Below are positions 27,308 to 42,000 of a stretch of DNA of 64,000 bases, piece by piece; within the stretch, counting starts at the first letter, position 1, and each line of letters begins with the position of its first letter. The notes under the pieces were generated by a model. It was not told the DNA's origin. It worked only from the letters and a program-made list of their open reading frames with translations, and searched no databases. The translations under genes were made by a program, and so were the position numbers. Source of the DNA: Bugula neritina (taxonomy: Eukaryota > Animalia > Bryozoa); contig OZ037772.1 in assembly GCA_964035545.1 (NCBI GenBank), positions 2,046,001-2,110,000 of the forward strand, read 5' to 3'.

Positions 27308-29639
27308 ACTCATCAGCTACAGTTTACTAATAATCAGCTCAGTGAGGTACTGAGAGATAAACTAGATAATATTTGTCATCAACATAATTATTTCATCACA
27401 ATTCATCAATACACACACTCTGTAATTATAGTTGGATATGAGATGTTTTACTGTATCAAATATATGTTGCTATTTTACTATCTAATAAAGTTTATTTGCT
27501 AGCGAAAATATAGTCTGTTTTCATGCCTCATTAGCTTTAGTTCAAGTTGAGTTCACTTACTAAAAAATAATCTTTACTGGAGCAGTAACTGTAAATGACT
27601 TGTCTGCGGGAGAATTTATTCACTGAATTGACATGCAGGTGCAAGTAACTCCAACATGACTAAGTAAATTTATTCCAACCATTCACAATAATATACATTC
27701 CATTGCTGTGCAAACAATAGCATTGAGTAGCCAATCAAATTGTTTCTTGTCTTGCATTCAGGAATCTGATAAATAATATATAAGACAATCAGCTAGATAT
27801 AAACACTGTATTACTCTACACATGAGCTGTCTGTGATGCAGCTGCTTTGTAAACTGTGTGTAATTTGATGAGTTTAGTTCAATTGGTTGCGGTTTAATTA
27901 TGACATGTTCACCATCATGTAATATTAGAGGACAACTCCTCTCCAGTGTGCAGTGGTAGTATACTATTAGTCAAAGGAAGTGCTCAGTATAATATAAATA
28001 GCTGACCACTCCTACACCAACACTCCTGAACACCAGGTAGACGACAAGAACTCTTGAACACCATTCAGGTTAAGGGACTCCAGGCACCTCTGATTACCAT
28101 CCAAGGCAGACGTGTTCTGGATCACAGTCTTAACTCCTCACAGACTAAGACAGGAGCCGGAGTCATCCTCACAGCCAAGCAACCCATGCCAATATACCAA
28201 CCCTAGCTGACCTGAATACTACAACTTATATATAGTATTCGGAATAACTCCAAAGTAGCATATTTCTGTTAAAATAACATTAATAATAAACAGATTAATT
28301 ATATATTTACTGATTCAATCACTATTTGAGTTTTCAAATTAAAATTCAATAAGAGACATCAGCAAGTAATAATCATATGTTATGTAATAATACATGCCAC
28401 AAAAAGGCATCACTCTAAAATTTAACAAAATGTATTAGCAGTTATCTATACTGAGATTATAATGTAATACTAATGTTGCATAAAGTATTAAACTATCAAC
28501 CCCCTCTCATATTATTATTTAACCTTTGACCTACAAACAATGATTAAATTATTTTCTTGTTGCTATACTGTCTTTTTTTTAGTTGGCTCACAGAAACAGT
28601 TTCAATCTAACAATGTAGTGTTGATACAAATCAGGGTATATAAGCTCAACAATAAAACATAAGAAATAATTATCCTCAATATCCTAAGGAATATTCCAGA
28701 GAACACTGCAGGCTGAGCTAAGATATTTTACAACTACATGCAGTTGACATATCTTCATGAATTGTGGACCATTTTGGTGTTTCTGTGTGCACAGACAAGT
28801 TGCAATGACTCCAACAGAAATTTTTTTAGTAGGTTTCAGTTCATCTTGAATATATTACAGCTTGTTGTCTTTTGGTGGAATATTATTGATGATACACTAC
28901 CTTGTTTGGCCTCAATAGTGTTGATGGTACACTACCTTGTTTGGCCTCAACAGTATTAATGGTACACTACCTTGTTTGGCCTCATTAGCCTTGCTAATAT
29001 AAAATTAAGAGCACAACTTGCAAGATTTAACTAATTTAACTTGGTTCATATTATGATGTTGATATGTTGACATTTATAACCTCTGATATATTTCTATGTT
29101 TATAACCTATCAATATGCTCTGATCTACAGTCTTTATTGTCATTCAAGGTGTTGCTCACTGCTGGTCAACCCCATTAACCCCCAACTTACTGTCTACATA
29201 AAAAACTGTCTACTCTCCCTCCATGGTACATAGCTCATACAATGTGTATAATTATTTGCTTTTGCACATTCATTACATAAAATACCAGCCATTGTGTTAA
29301 AAGTAGAGTTTTGTTGTATAGTCTCACATATTGGAACATGGCCTTAAGATTTGTAGTTTCTGAGGCTTTTATTAAGCTAATGCTGGAGAAAATTGCTAAG
29401 AATTTACTGCAGTGAATCTTTGTATAAACATTACTTATGAAATGCATATCTGTGGAATACTTGATCTACTCTGTATCATGTAAACTAACTTACACACAAG
29501 TTACATACAGCTACTACTTGATAAGGAAGTAATAGTAACAGAGTTATTGACATGAAAAAGTAAATAATATTTAAATTGTGATGACTAAGTAAGTGGATGA
29601 GTCATAAACCAGTCAAAAAATAATTTCTACAAACAAACT

Positions 29640-30602
29640 TTATTGAGTAAATGTGACTACAGAGTCTTGACAGCATAGCAGAGTAAATATGTTACATAAT
29701 CATTACTAATCAACATCAAATACTGCATATAAACAGTGCAAGTTCTGTGGAATATATAGTATTATACTGTGAGTAGAACACAATATATTATATTTGACAT
29801 GTACTATTGATGACCTCACTGAGCTGATTATTAGTAAACTGTAGCTGATAAGTTTAGTATTTTATTGTGTATCTCCTCAGACCACCTTCACATGCTAGAA
29901 ACACTGTGTCTCTGTTATACACAGCAATGTCCCACACCAAGTCACTAACACCAAGACTTTCTCTGGGAATTGTTACCATCAGTTCACCTTTAAAAAATAT
30001 AATGTCAGATTGAATCAGTTTGAGACAAACAGACAGACTACAGTGATATCACAACAGCTGACACAACTACATGCAAGTTTTTAGTTTCCAGTATAATATA
30101 GTAACTAAAATATATTCGATAATAATACAATAAATTTCAAATATATTTCTCACTCAGAAAGACTTCCTTTAAAGATGCAAGTAAACAGTCTATGTTGAAG
30201 ATAATAAAGTTCTACCAGTCAGTATTGAATAATTCACTGGGCTGCTCTACTGTTTACTTCCTAATAAATGACAACATGGAGAGACTCAACATAGGAATTT
30301 ACCCCCTCAGCAAATATGATTATACAGGAGAGAAGATATATAATATAAGTATTACATACATGAAGTAAATATTCTAACAGAAAATAGTGTCTCATTATAC
30401 AACTGTATTGACCTTGACCCACAAACTTAGCCTGTGACTCTTATATAGAACACACCCACATGTCTACTTCTAATAATACTGCTACTGCAGCTACTCCAAC
30501 ACTATCACATATTAAATACTTGACAAGAAAAAACCACAGCCACCTGAGTTCAACCAGCAAACACTGCTCTACCAGCCATCATCAAATTACACTAGTCTCA
30601 GC
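29640..30602 (-). pseudogene. Inverted orphan 3' end of a TRIM paralog (last exon 29987-29854, 3' UTR and part of the last intron)
   Basis: 134-nt exon GELMVTIPRESLGVSDLVWDIAVYNRDTVFLACEGGLRRYTIKY* is paralogous to 27174-27307. Intron homology to ~26840-27090 stops at the 19-bp satellite. No upstream exons found in the window. Confidence 0.85.
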
Positions 30603-30604
30603 AA

Positions 30605-33600
30605 TAACTACATAACATAAGATATAGCACACAATATAAGATATATTACATAATATAAGATATATTACATAATATAAGATATATTATTGCATAATATAAG
30701 ATAGATTACATAATATAAGATATATTACATGATATAATATATATTACATGATATAAGATATATTACATAATATAAGATATATTACATAATATAAGATATA
30801 TTACATAATATAAGATATATTACATAATATAAGATATATTACATAATATAAGATATATTACATGATATAAGATATAGTACATGATATAAGATATATTACA
30901 TGGTATAAGATATATCACATGATATAATATATATTACATAATATAAGATAGATTACATAATATAAGATATATTACATGATATAATATATATTACATAGTA
31001 TAAGATATATTACATGATATAAGATATATTACATAATATAAGATATATTACATAATATAATATATATTATTACATAATATAAGATAGATTACATAATATA
31101 AGATATATTACATGATATAATATATATTACATGATATAAGATATATTACATAATATAAGATATATTACATAATATAAGATATATTACATAATATAAGATA
31201 TATTACATGATATAAGATATATTACATAATATAAGATATATTACATAATATAAAATATATTACATGATATAAGATATATTACATGATATATGATATATTA
31301 CATGATATAAGATATATTACATGATATAAGATATATTACATGATATAAGATATATTACATGATACAAGATACATTACATAATATAAGATATATTACATGA
31401 TATAAGATATATCACATAATATAAGATATATTACATAATATAAGATATATTATTACATAATATAAGATAGATTACATAATATAAGATATATTACATAATA
31501 TAAGATATATTACATGATATAAGATATATTACATAATATAAGATATATTACATAATATAAGATATATTACATGATATAAGATATATCACATAATATAAGA
31601 TATATTACATAATATAAGATATATTATTACATAATATAAGATAGATTACATAATATAAGATATATTACATAATATAAGATATATTACATGATATAAGATA
31701 TATTACATAATATAAGATATATTACATAATATAAGATATATTACATGATATAAGATATAGTACATGATATAAGATATATTACATGATATAAGATATATCA
31801 CATGATATAATATATATTACACAATATAAGATATATTACATAGTATAAGATATATTACATGATATAAGATATATTACATAATATAAGATATATTACATAA
31901 TATAATATATATTATTACATAATATAAGATAGATTACATAATATAAGATATATTACATGATATAATATATATTACATGATATAAGATATATTACATAATA
32001 TAGGATATATTACATGATATGAGATATATTACATGATATAAGATATATTACATAATATAAGATATATTACATAATATAAGATATATTACATGATATAAGA
32101 TATATTACATGATATAAGATATATCACATAACATAAGATATATTACATGATATAAGATATATTACATAATATAAGATATATTACATGATATAAGATATAT
32201 TACATGATATAAGATATATCACATAATATAAGATATATTACATAATATAAGATATATTATTACATAATATAAGATAGATTGCATAATATAAGATATATTA
32301 CATAATATAAGACATATTACATGATATATGATATATTACATGATATAAGATATATTACATAATATAAGATATATTACATGATATCAGATATATTACATGA
32401 TATAAGATATATTACATAATATAAGATATATTACATGATATAATATATATTACATGATATAAGATATATTACATAATATAGGATATATTACATGATATGA
32501 GATATATTACATGATATAAGATATATTACATAATATAAGATATATTACATGATATAAGATATATCACATAATATAAGATATATTACATGATATAAGATAT
32601 ATCACATAACATAAGATATATTACATGATATAAGATATATTACATAATATAAGATATATTACATGATATAAGATATATTACATGATATAAGATATATCAC
32701 ATAATATAAGATATATTACATAATATAAGATATATTATTACATAATATAAGATAGATTGCATAATATAAGATATATTACATAATATAAGACATATTACAT
32801 GATATATGATACATTACATGATATAAGATATATTACATAATATAAGATATATTACATGATATAAGATATATTACATGATATAAGATATATTACATAATAT
32901 AAGATATATTACATGATATCAGATATATTACATGATATAAGATATATTACATGATATAAGATATATTACATAATATAAGATATATTACATAATATAAGAT
33001 ATATTACATGATATAAGATATATTACATAATATAAGATATATTACATGATATAAGATATATTACATGATATAAGATATATTACATGATATAAGATATATT
33101 ACATAATATAAGATAGATTACATAATATAAGATATATTACATAATATAAGATATATTACATGATATAAGATATATTACATAATATAAGATATATCACATG
33201 ATATAAGATATATTACATGATATAAGATATATCACATGATATAAGATATATCACATAATATAGGATATATTACATAATATAAGATATATTACATAATATG
33301 AGATATATTACATAATACAAGATATATTGCATAATATAAGCTATATTACATGATATCAGATATATTACATGATATAAGATATATTACATAATATAATATA
33401 TATTACATAATATAAGATATGTCACATAATATAAGATATATTACATGATATAAGATATATTACATAATATAAGATATATTACATAATATAAGATATATTA
33501 CATGATATAAGATATATTACATGATATCAGATATATTACATAATATAAGATATATTACATGATATAAGATATATTACATAATATAAGATATATTACATAA

Positions 33601-34150
33601 TATAAGATATATTACATGATATAAGATATATTACATAATATAAGATATATCACATAATATAAGATATATCACATGATATAAGATATATTACATAATATAA
33701 GATATATTACATAATATAAGATATATTACATGATATAAGATATATTACATAATATAGGATATATTACATAATATAAGATATATTACATAATATAAGATAT
33801 ATTACATAATATAAGATATATTACATAATATAAGATATATTACATGATATAAGATATATTACATGATATCAGATATATTACATAATATAAGATATATTAC
33901 ATGATATAAGATATATTACATAATATAGGATATATTACATAATATAAGATATATCACATAATATAAGATATATCACATGATATAAGATATATTACATAAT
34001 ATAAGATATATTACATAATATAAGATATATTACATGATATAAGATATATTACATAATATAGGATATATTACATAATATAAGATATATTACATAATATAAG
34101 ATATATTACATAATATAAGATATATTACATAATATAAGATATATTACATT
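30605..34150. repeat. 19-bp satellite (ACATAATATAAGATATATT / ACATGATATAAGATATATT), ~185 units
   Basis: Direct read; variant units recur in longer blocks. Confidence 0.98.
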
Positions 34151-34321
34151 ACAATACATTACACAATGTTCAGAGTTGTCTTCTCTGACAAACTGAAACT
34201 GGGTTAATTTACTCAAAGGAAATGTCTAGTCCGTGAACAAAAGAAAGTAAATTATCAATAAGTAGTTAGAGAAATGTAGCTCGCTGCTTTACTATAAAGG
34301 AGAAGAGAAAGTTGGAGGTGT

Positions 34322-35345
34322 GTACATACTCAATATATACTCAATATCTACTCAATATATACTCAATACATACTCAATACATACTCGATATATACTCAGT
34401 ATATACTTAATATATACTCAATACGTACTCAATTTAAACTCAATACATACTCAATATATACTCAATACATACTCAATATATACTCAATATATACTCAATA
34501 CATACTCAATATATACTCAGTATATACTCAGTATATACTTAATATATACTCAATATATATTCAATACATACTCAATACATACTCAATACATACTCAATAT
34601 ATACTCAATACATACTCAATACATACTCAATATATACTCAATACATACTTAATACATACTCAATACATACTCAATACATACTCAATATATACTCAATACA
34701 TACTCAATATATACTCAATATATACTCAATATATACTCAATATATACTCAGTATATACTTAATATATACTCAATATATACTCAATACATACTCAATACAT
34801 ACTCAATATATACTTAATATATACTCAATACATACTCAATATATACTCAATATATACTCAATATATACTCAATACATACTCAATATATACTCAATACGTA
34901 CTCAATATATACTCAATACATACTCAATATATACTCAATACATACTCAATACATACTCAATATATACTCAATATATACTCAGTATATACTTAATATATAC
35001 TCAATATATACTCAATACATACTCAATACATACTCAATATATACTTAATATATACTCAATACATACTCAATATATACTCAATATATACTCAATATATACT
35101 CAATACATACTCAATATATACTCAATACGTACTCAATATATACTCAATACATACTCAATATATACTCAATACATACTCAATACATACTCAATATATACTC
35201 AATACATACTCAGTATATACTCAATATATACTCAATACATACTCAATATATACTCAATACATACTCAATACATACCCAATACATACTCAATACATACTCA
35301 ATATAATATACTCAATATATACTCAATACATACTCAACATATACT
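34322..35345. repeat. 12-bp minisatellite (ATACTCAATA(T/C)), ~85 units
   Basis: Direct read. Confidence 0.97.
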
Positions 35346-35517
35346 TGAGCTGTCAGATGAAAGAGATTTACCCTGGCTAAGACTGATGACATCTGGATGT
35401 ACGTTAAACTTCATTGCTGCCTTTGACAGCGCTTCATGATAGGATCTGCCAGTTACCCAGTAGTTGTTGTCACTAAACTATGTAAAATATATAGAGGTCA
35501 AGAGGTCACTGGACTAT

Positions 35518-36294
35518 CACGGGCTTTCCATGTATCGATCTCAGATCGATCTCACTGAGATCGATCTGAGAAATGTACTCAGATCGATCGTTTTTCCATG
35601 AGAGTGTCAGATCGATCTCGCGAAGTTGCCTCCTCTTAAGTGAAGGATACTTGAAAAGTATATTTTGTTTACCTATTTGAGTGATTAAAGCTACCACTGT
35701 TGAAAAAAAGATGGTCGTAGTCTAAAATTTAATCCCAGCTATAAAATATATGCAGCAAAGCTTTCAGGGTACGGTAATTTGGCCAATTTAAAATAATTAA
35801 TTTTAATTTTTTAGCTAGACAGCTTATATAAAATTAATGGCTGTCTTGCAGATTATTAATAAACTTACAGGACTGTTAGGCTTTAAATTACAAAGAAAAT
35901 AGGTAATGAAACTAAGTTTTAATAGTCATTTAAATTCAATTTAAATTTTCCCATTTTTTTTGCCTTCTACTGCATATAATTGAGTTTCCTTAATCATTGT
36001 GCTGAAAGTCAAAATTTTGGCATCTGAAAAGGTGGCTATCATAATTGTTTAATACTTTGCTTATTAATTATCAACAAGTTATCATTTTTATTAGCAGACA
36101 ACATTGTAGCGAGCAGTCTTTTTCTACTTCTCAGATCGATCTGGCGTCTTTCCATGGTCTTATTGACATGAGATCGATCTGAGTTCGAGCTCCACAGACC
36201 GACCAGCTCAGAACGATGGAGATCGATCTTTGGCGTCTTTCCATGGATCGATCTCGTCGAGATCGATCTGAGATCGGTACATGGAAAGCTGGTG
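35518..36294. mobile_element. MITE with ~36-bp TIRs (CAC...GTG), subterminal AGATCGATCT repeats and 3-bp TSD
   Basis: GCTTTCCATGTATCGATCTCAGATCGATCTC vs reverse complement of the right end 30/31; TAT on both flanks. Confidence 0.85.
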
Positions 36295-36383
36295 TATGTA
36301 CAAAATATAAAGGTCAAGAGACTATGTAAAATATACAGATGTCAAGAGGTCACTGAGCTATGATGAACAATGTACAATATAAT

Positions 36384-36481
36384 CACAGGCTTTCCATGGA
36401 CGACTGAGATCGATCTTTGATGTCTTTTCATGGAGCGATCTCACCAATATAGATCTGAGATCGATCCATGGAAAGCCAGTG
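36384..36481. mobile_element. 98-bp internally deleted relative of the 35518-36294 MITE
   Basis: CACAGGCTTTCCATGG...CCATGGAAAGCCAGTG inverted ends, same GATCGATC motifs. Confidence 0.7.
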
Positions 36482-36865
36482 AAAGGGTCACACCCACTCC
36501 AGAAATGGCCACACCCACTCCGGAAAGAGCCACACCCACTCTAGAAAGGCCACACCTATTCCAGAAAAGGCCACATTAAAGGGAATTCATAGTTTATCAA
36601 CATAAACAGAGTCTGTGGTGAATATTAGGTCTGTGCTAAACCCACTTGCTTTCTGTATAAATAACACAAGACAAGATGAAGAATGAGTCATACCTCAGCC
36701 TTAGGTTGCCCCTGGATCTGCACAAAGTAGGCTGGTACTCTGTGCCCCCACCATAGCTGTCTGGAGATACACCAGTCCCTGGAGTTCCTCGGCCATTTGT
36801 ACCAAGTGACTGTGTGATAGTCTGGTATGATCTTTAGCTTGCCTGATTCTACTACCTGCAGTATA

Positions 36866-37044
36866 CATACTATGCTATATATACTATACTATAGATATAC
36901 TATACTATAGATATACTATACAGTACTAATATATATACTATATACAGTACTAATATATTATATACTATACAGTACTAATATATACACTATACAGTACTAA
37001 TATATATACTATACACAGTACTAATATATATACTATGCACAGTA

Positions 37045-37103
<59 letters not shown>

Positions 37104-37248
37104 CAGTACTAATATTAATACTACACAGTACTAATATATTATATACTATACAGTACTAATATATTATATACTATACAGTACTAATATATATACTATACAG
37201 TACTAATATATACACTATACAGTACTAATATATATACTATGCACAGTA

Positions 37249-37331
<83 letters not shown>

Positions 37332-37593
37332 ACTACACAGTACTAATATATTATATACTATACAGTACTAATATATATACTATACAATACTAATATATAT
37401 ATACTATACAGTACTAATATATATACTATACAGTACTAATATACATACTATACAGTACTAATATATATACTATACAGTACTAATATATATACTATACAAT
37501 ACTAATATATATATATACTATACAGTACTAATATATATACTATACAGTACTAATATATATACTATACAGTACTAATACATATACTATACAGTA

Positions 37594-37662
<69 letters not shown>

Positions 37663-37807
37663 CAGTACTAATATTAATACTACACAGTACTAATATATTA
37701 TATACTATACAGTACTAATATATTATATACTATACAGTACTAATATATATACTATACAGTACTAATATATACACTATACAGTACTAATATATATACTATG
37801 CACAGTA

Positions 37808-37870
<63 letters not shown>

Positions 37871-38230
37871 ACTACACAGTACTAATATATTATATACTAT
37901 ACAGTACTAATATATATACTATACAATACTAATATATATATACTATACAGTACTAATATATATACTATACAGTACTAATATACATACTATACAGTACTAA
38001 TATATATACTATACAGTACTAATATATATACTATACAATACTAATATATATATATACTATACAGTACTAATATATATACTATACAGTACTAATATATATA
38101 CTATACAGTACTAATATATATACTATACAGTACTAATATATTATATACTATACACAGCACTAATATATTATATACTATACAGTACTAATATATATACTAT
38201 ACAGTACTAATATATTATATACTATACATA
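36866..38230. repeat. Compound minisatellite (TATACTATACAGTACTAATA...) with embedded (TA)n runs and a ~0.55-kb higher-order duplication
   Basis: Direct read; 37050-37595 is repeated at 37600-38130. Confidence 0.93.
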
Positions 38231-38696
38231 ATATATAATACAAGCACCTCTACAGCCTTGGCTGCCATATCGTCACACGCCACATACCACTGTGGTTTGG
38301 GTATCGGCTCAATGATATCTTTAGATCGACTATAACACAAGAGACCACGGCGTGGAGGTCATTGTTAACAGACAGACTCACATAGTAACAGTTCAACTCA
38401 ACAGCATTGTAAAAGATAATGGATATGTTAATGGAGCTATTCTTTAGGAGGACAAGAGAGGGCAACTTCTATTACATTGAGATCTGTAACTATGAGTCAT
38501 TTTACTTGATTTAGCACACAGAGCCATATACCTCTAGCTTTTAGCTATTGTTCACAGTTGAGCTGCTAATTCCGTATCTCAGTAAGCTGAGGGACCTGAC
38601 ACCTCAATTCATGACATAGTAGAATTCTTACACTAGCAGAATAACATATTTAACACACGGATCTGTTAAATTATTTTGTCCCTACACACAAAAGGC

Positions 38697-39055
38697 TTTG
38701 AATACACAGGATAACAGGCTATGAATATACAGGACAACAGGCTATGAATATACAGGACAATAGGCTATGAATATACAGGACAACAGGCTATGAATATACA
38801 GGACAACAGGCTATGAATATACAGGACAACAGGCTATGAATATACAGGACAACAGGCTATGAATATACAGGACAACAGGCTATGAATATACAGGACAACA
38901 GACTATGAATATACAGGACAACAGGCTATGAATATACAGGACAATAGGCTATGAATATACAGGACAACAGGCTATGAATATACAGGACAAAAGGCTATTA
39001 ATATACAGGACAACGGGTTATGAATATACAGGACAACAGGCTATGCATATACAGG
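38697..39055. repeat. 23-bp minisatellite (GGCTATGAATATACAGGACAACA), ~15 units
   Basis: Direct read. Confidence 0.95.
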
Positions 39056-42000
39056 AAACAGAGCACCTGTCCCAAACTCCATCTCCACAAAGTCGTCAGC
39101 TACAACAGGTATTCTCCTGTCAGCAAAAATATGTCTCACAAATCTCCCATGTAAGTGTTTGTATCGGCCGTCTTCAGGGTGGACAGCCACGGCAGTGTCA
39201 CCTACAATAGTTACCAGACTTTATAGTCTCTCACAGTATTGAGTATTGATATACAATTATATATTTACTGAGTGTTTACCAGATCCAACTTCACAGTCAC
39301 TATACTCAGAGTACACAACTCCCAGTAAGTTAGTATCAAGCTAATTAACCACTAACCCCCTATTCACACTTACCGTATCGTACGCCGTAACAGCAAATAT
39401 CAGCCATTTTTACACATGTCTGAGCTTCCTGTACGGTGTTGCGGTACGGTAGGATCAAGCACTGCTTGATTCAAATAAGTTGCGGCGGACTCCTATTGGA
39501 CAGAAAAACTTTTGCGTTAATTCATTGGATATAAATGTCTAATGCAGCGTCATAGATCGTACCTAATAGCGGACTTTGAAAACTTCAACCCGCACCTTAA
39601 ACCAAAATGGAATAATAAAATTAAAGAATTTAGGCTATCTCAAGTTCTCCACTACTGCTCCTAAGTGAGAAAGTGAGAATAGTTAGAGAGATCTACTGGA
39701 GTTACTTCAATTGGCAGCAAGAGTCAGCCATTATTACGTTGCTAAGCAACAAAGCTATCAGTGACATTGATGTCTACTAACCCAACATAGTTTCTAATCT
39801 AATTGTGGCCACAATAATCTTTTCGTCAGAGTCTTCTACTTTATATGCAAACGAAAGGAGAACTCCGAACTCCACCTTCTCCTTGTAGCCCGGCACAGAG
39901 AGCATAGTCCTTCCTGTCAACTCTACTTTGTCTACCTGCAATCAGTGATACAACTCTCTCAGACTATACAGGTCAAAGGTTAAACTGTAGTGTGTGCCTC
40001 TGAGTCACTGCGTTCTCATTCTTTTCTATTAGTTCATATAATGTAAATGGATGCTCGTACGAATGAATATGTGGCTGTGGTCTCATTGATGTATTCATTC
40101 GAAGATAGTCATAATGTAATATATCAGGCTGTGTCTGAATACTACTATTAGGTTAGTTACTACCAACACACAAGTCTCGCAGTGAATAAACAGTTGACGT
40201 ACACACAGCCGGGAGTCAGACTGATACTGTACGGTATACCTCAATATCAGGGATGGCAGAGTTGAGAGTACAGGACCAGTTGACGAGTCGGTTAGCTCTG
40301 TAGATCACACCTTTCTCGTGCATTCTGATAAACGCTTCGTTCACCGCTTTTAAAGATTTCTAATAAACAAGTATATATTAGTCATGTGTCAAGTGTGAAC
40401 TGATAAACCAATCATAGAGAGGATAACACACTGAGTCAGTAAACAGCCGACACGGCATATAGACTCCACTACTCAAACATAATACATATGTATAGAGAGG
40501 ATAACTCCTCACCTCATCCATAGTGAACGTAGTTCTGTCCCAGTCATAAGACCCGCCCACTTTCCTCAACTGATGGTAGGTTCTGTTTCCTTTTCCATAG
40601 AAATTATATAATAACACTGACCAATCATTGTGCTGCAAAACTTAGTTATATTAGCAACTTAAATAATGAGACCAATGAGAGAGTGTGATGAAGTAAACCT
40701 ATATTTAACTTTTTGTATATTCAATTATATATATTAATTTTATCATATTATCATATATATATTATATATCATCTTATATCAAACTATAACAACTGCACAC
40801 CAATAAGATAAAATAAAAACTCAAACCCGAATACTAAGTCGCTATGAAATGCATTTTCAAGATAAAATATTCCCTTACTGGTTCTTCCAGTCCCACACTC
40901 GTCTCACAAACTCATCTCGTCCCAAATCGTGTCGAGTTTTATTCTCTTCTCTAGCGAGTTTTTTCTCGACGACAACTTGAGTAGCTATTCCTGCGTGGTC
41001 ACATCCGGGTACAAACAGTGTCACCTTCCCATTCATCCGGTGCCTGACAATACAACAGAACTGACACCTGCAGACACCTGACAATACAAGCATATCAGAC
41101 ACCTGTAGATATTCTGGAAAGGTGCTGAGAGAAATATCTGTGGTTGAAACAACATCAATATAATAGATGAATGACTTATGCCAACCGGTACTTAACACAA
41201 ATTTTCTCAGCATTCAAAAAAGAATTAACAGGGGGATGTTAATAGCCTGTCTGTGGAACAACTCCAAGTGACTTGGCAAGATGCCGAAATGTCATGTAGT
41301 CACCACCAGAGGAATGGTGTCTACTGTTACATGCTATAAGCTACATACACCACCAGTTTAGTGACTAGGTAAGTACGGAGTTGTCTCATCTATATGAATG
41401 AACATCTCACCACCGAACTATCGCATCCTCAACTGCCCCCGTGAGGCCATGTCCTAGGTGAAGAGTCCCGGTCACATTAGGGGGAGGGATCAGGATGATA
41501 AACTTCTCTTCAGGTGTGAGTTTCAGCACATCTCTACCTGTTACAAAGCAACCAATCACATCTCTCTCGGTTACAAAGTAAAAAGCAACCAATCACAGTA
41601 CCTGTTACAACAGAGTAACAAATCACACCTCTACGTGTTAGAAGTAACCAATCACACATTATAGACTTTACTATGATGAGAAGTGTACCTTTGAGATTAT
41701 ACTCAGGTTTGAAGAATCCTTCCTTCTCCCACCAAAAGTACCAGGCAGCTTCCACATAGGACGGGGAGTAAGAATCAGGCATGAGACACGTCGTGTCTAG
41801 AATAATAGAAAACTATAAAGTAATGGGGAGCAGCTGTGGTCTAGGGGTTAGAGCGTTTGTGTAGTGAACACGAAGCCATTGTTTGACAAAGGCCATTGGT
41901 GACGTTAGAAAGAGCATCCAGTCATAATTGCTCCTCTGCCACATCTAAATAAGTCCTTAGCCTGTTTTAACAAAAATGCTTTCCACCAGGAGTCTCTCAC

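Noticed and set aside
28020-28230. GC-richer island with KTGAGVIL, reminiscent of a retroelement endonuclease or RNase H
   Set aside because: Too short and degenerate to assign without a search.
30605-35345. Long regular arrays that might be read as CRISPR-like
   Set aside because: Head-to-tail tandem units with no unique spacers, no cas genes, eukaryotic context.
41830-41880. tRNA-like A-box (TGGTCTAGGGGTTAG); also a B-box-like GGTTCAAACCC at ~26637
   Set aside because: No complete cloverleaf at either site; at most SINE relics.
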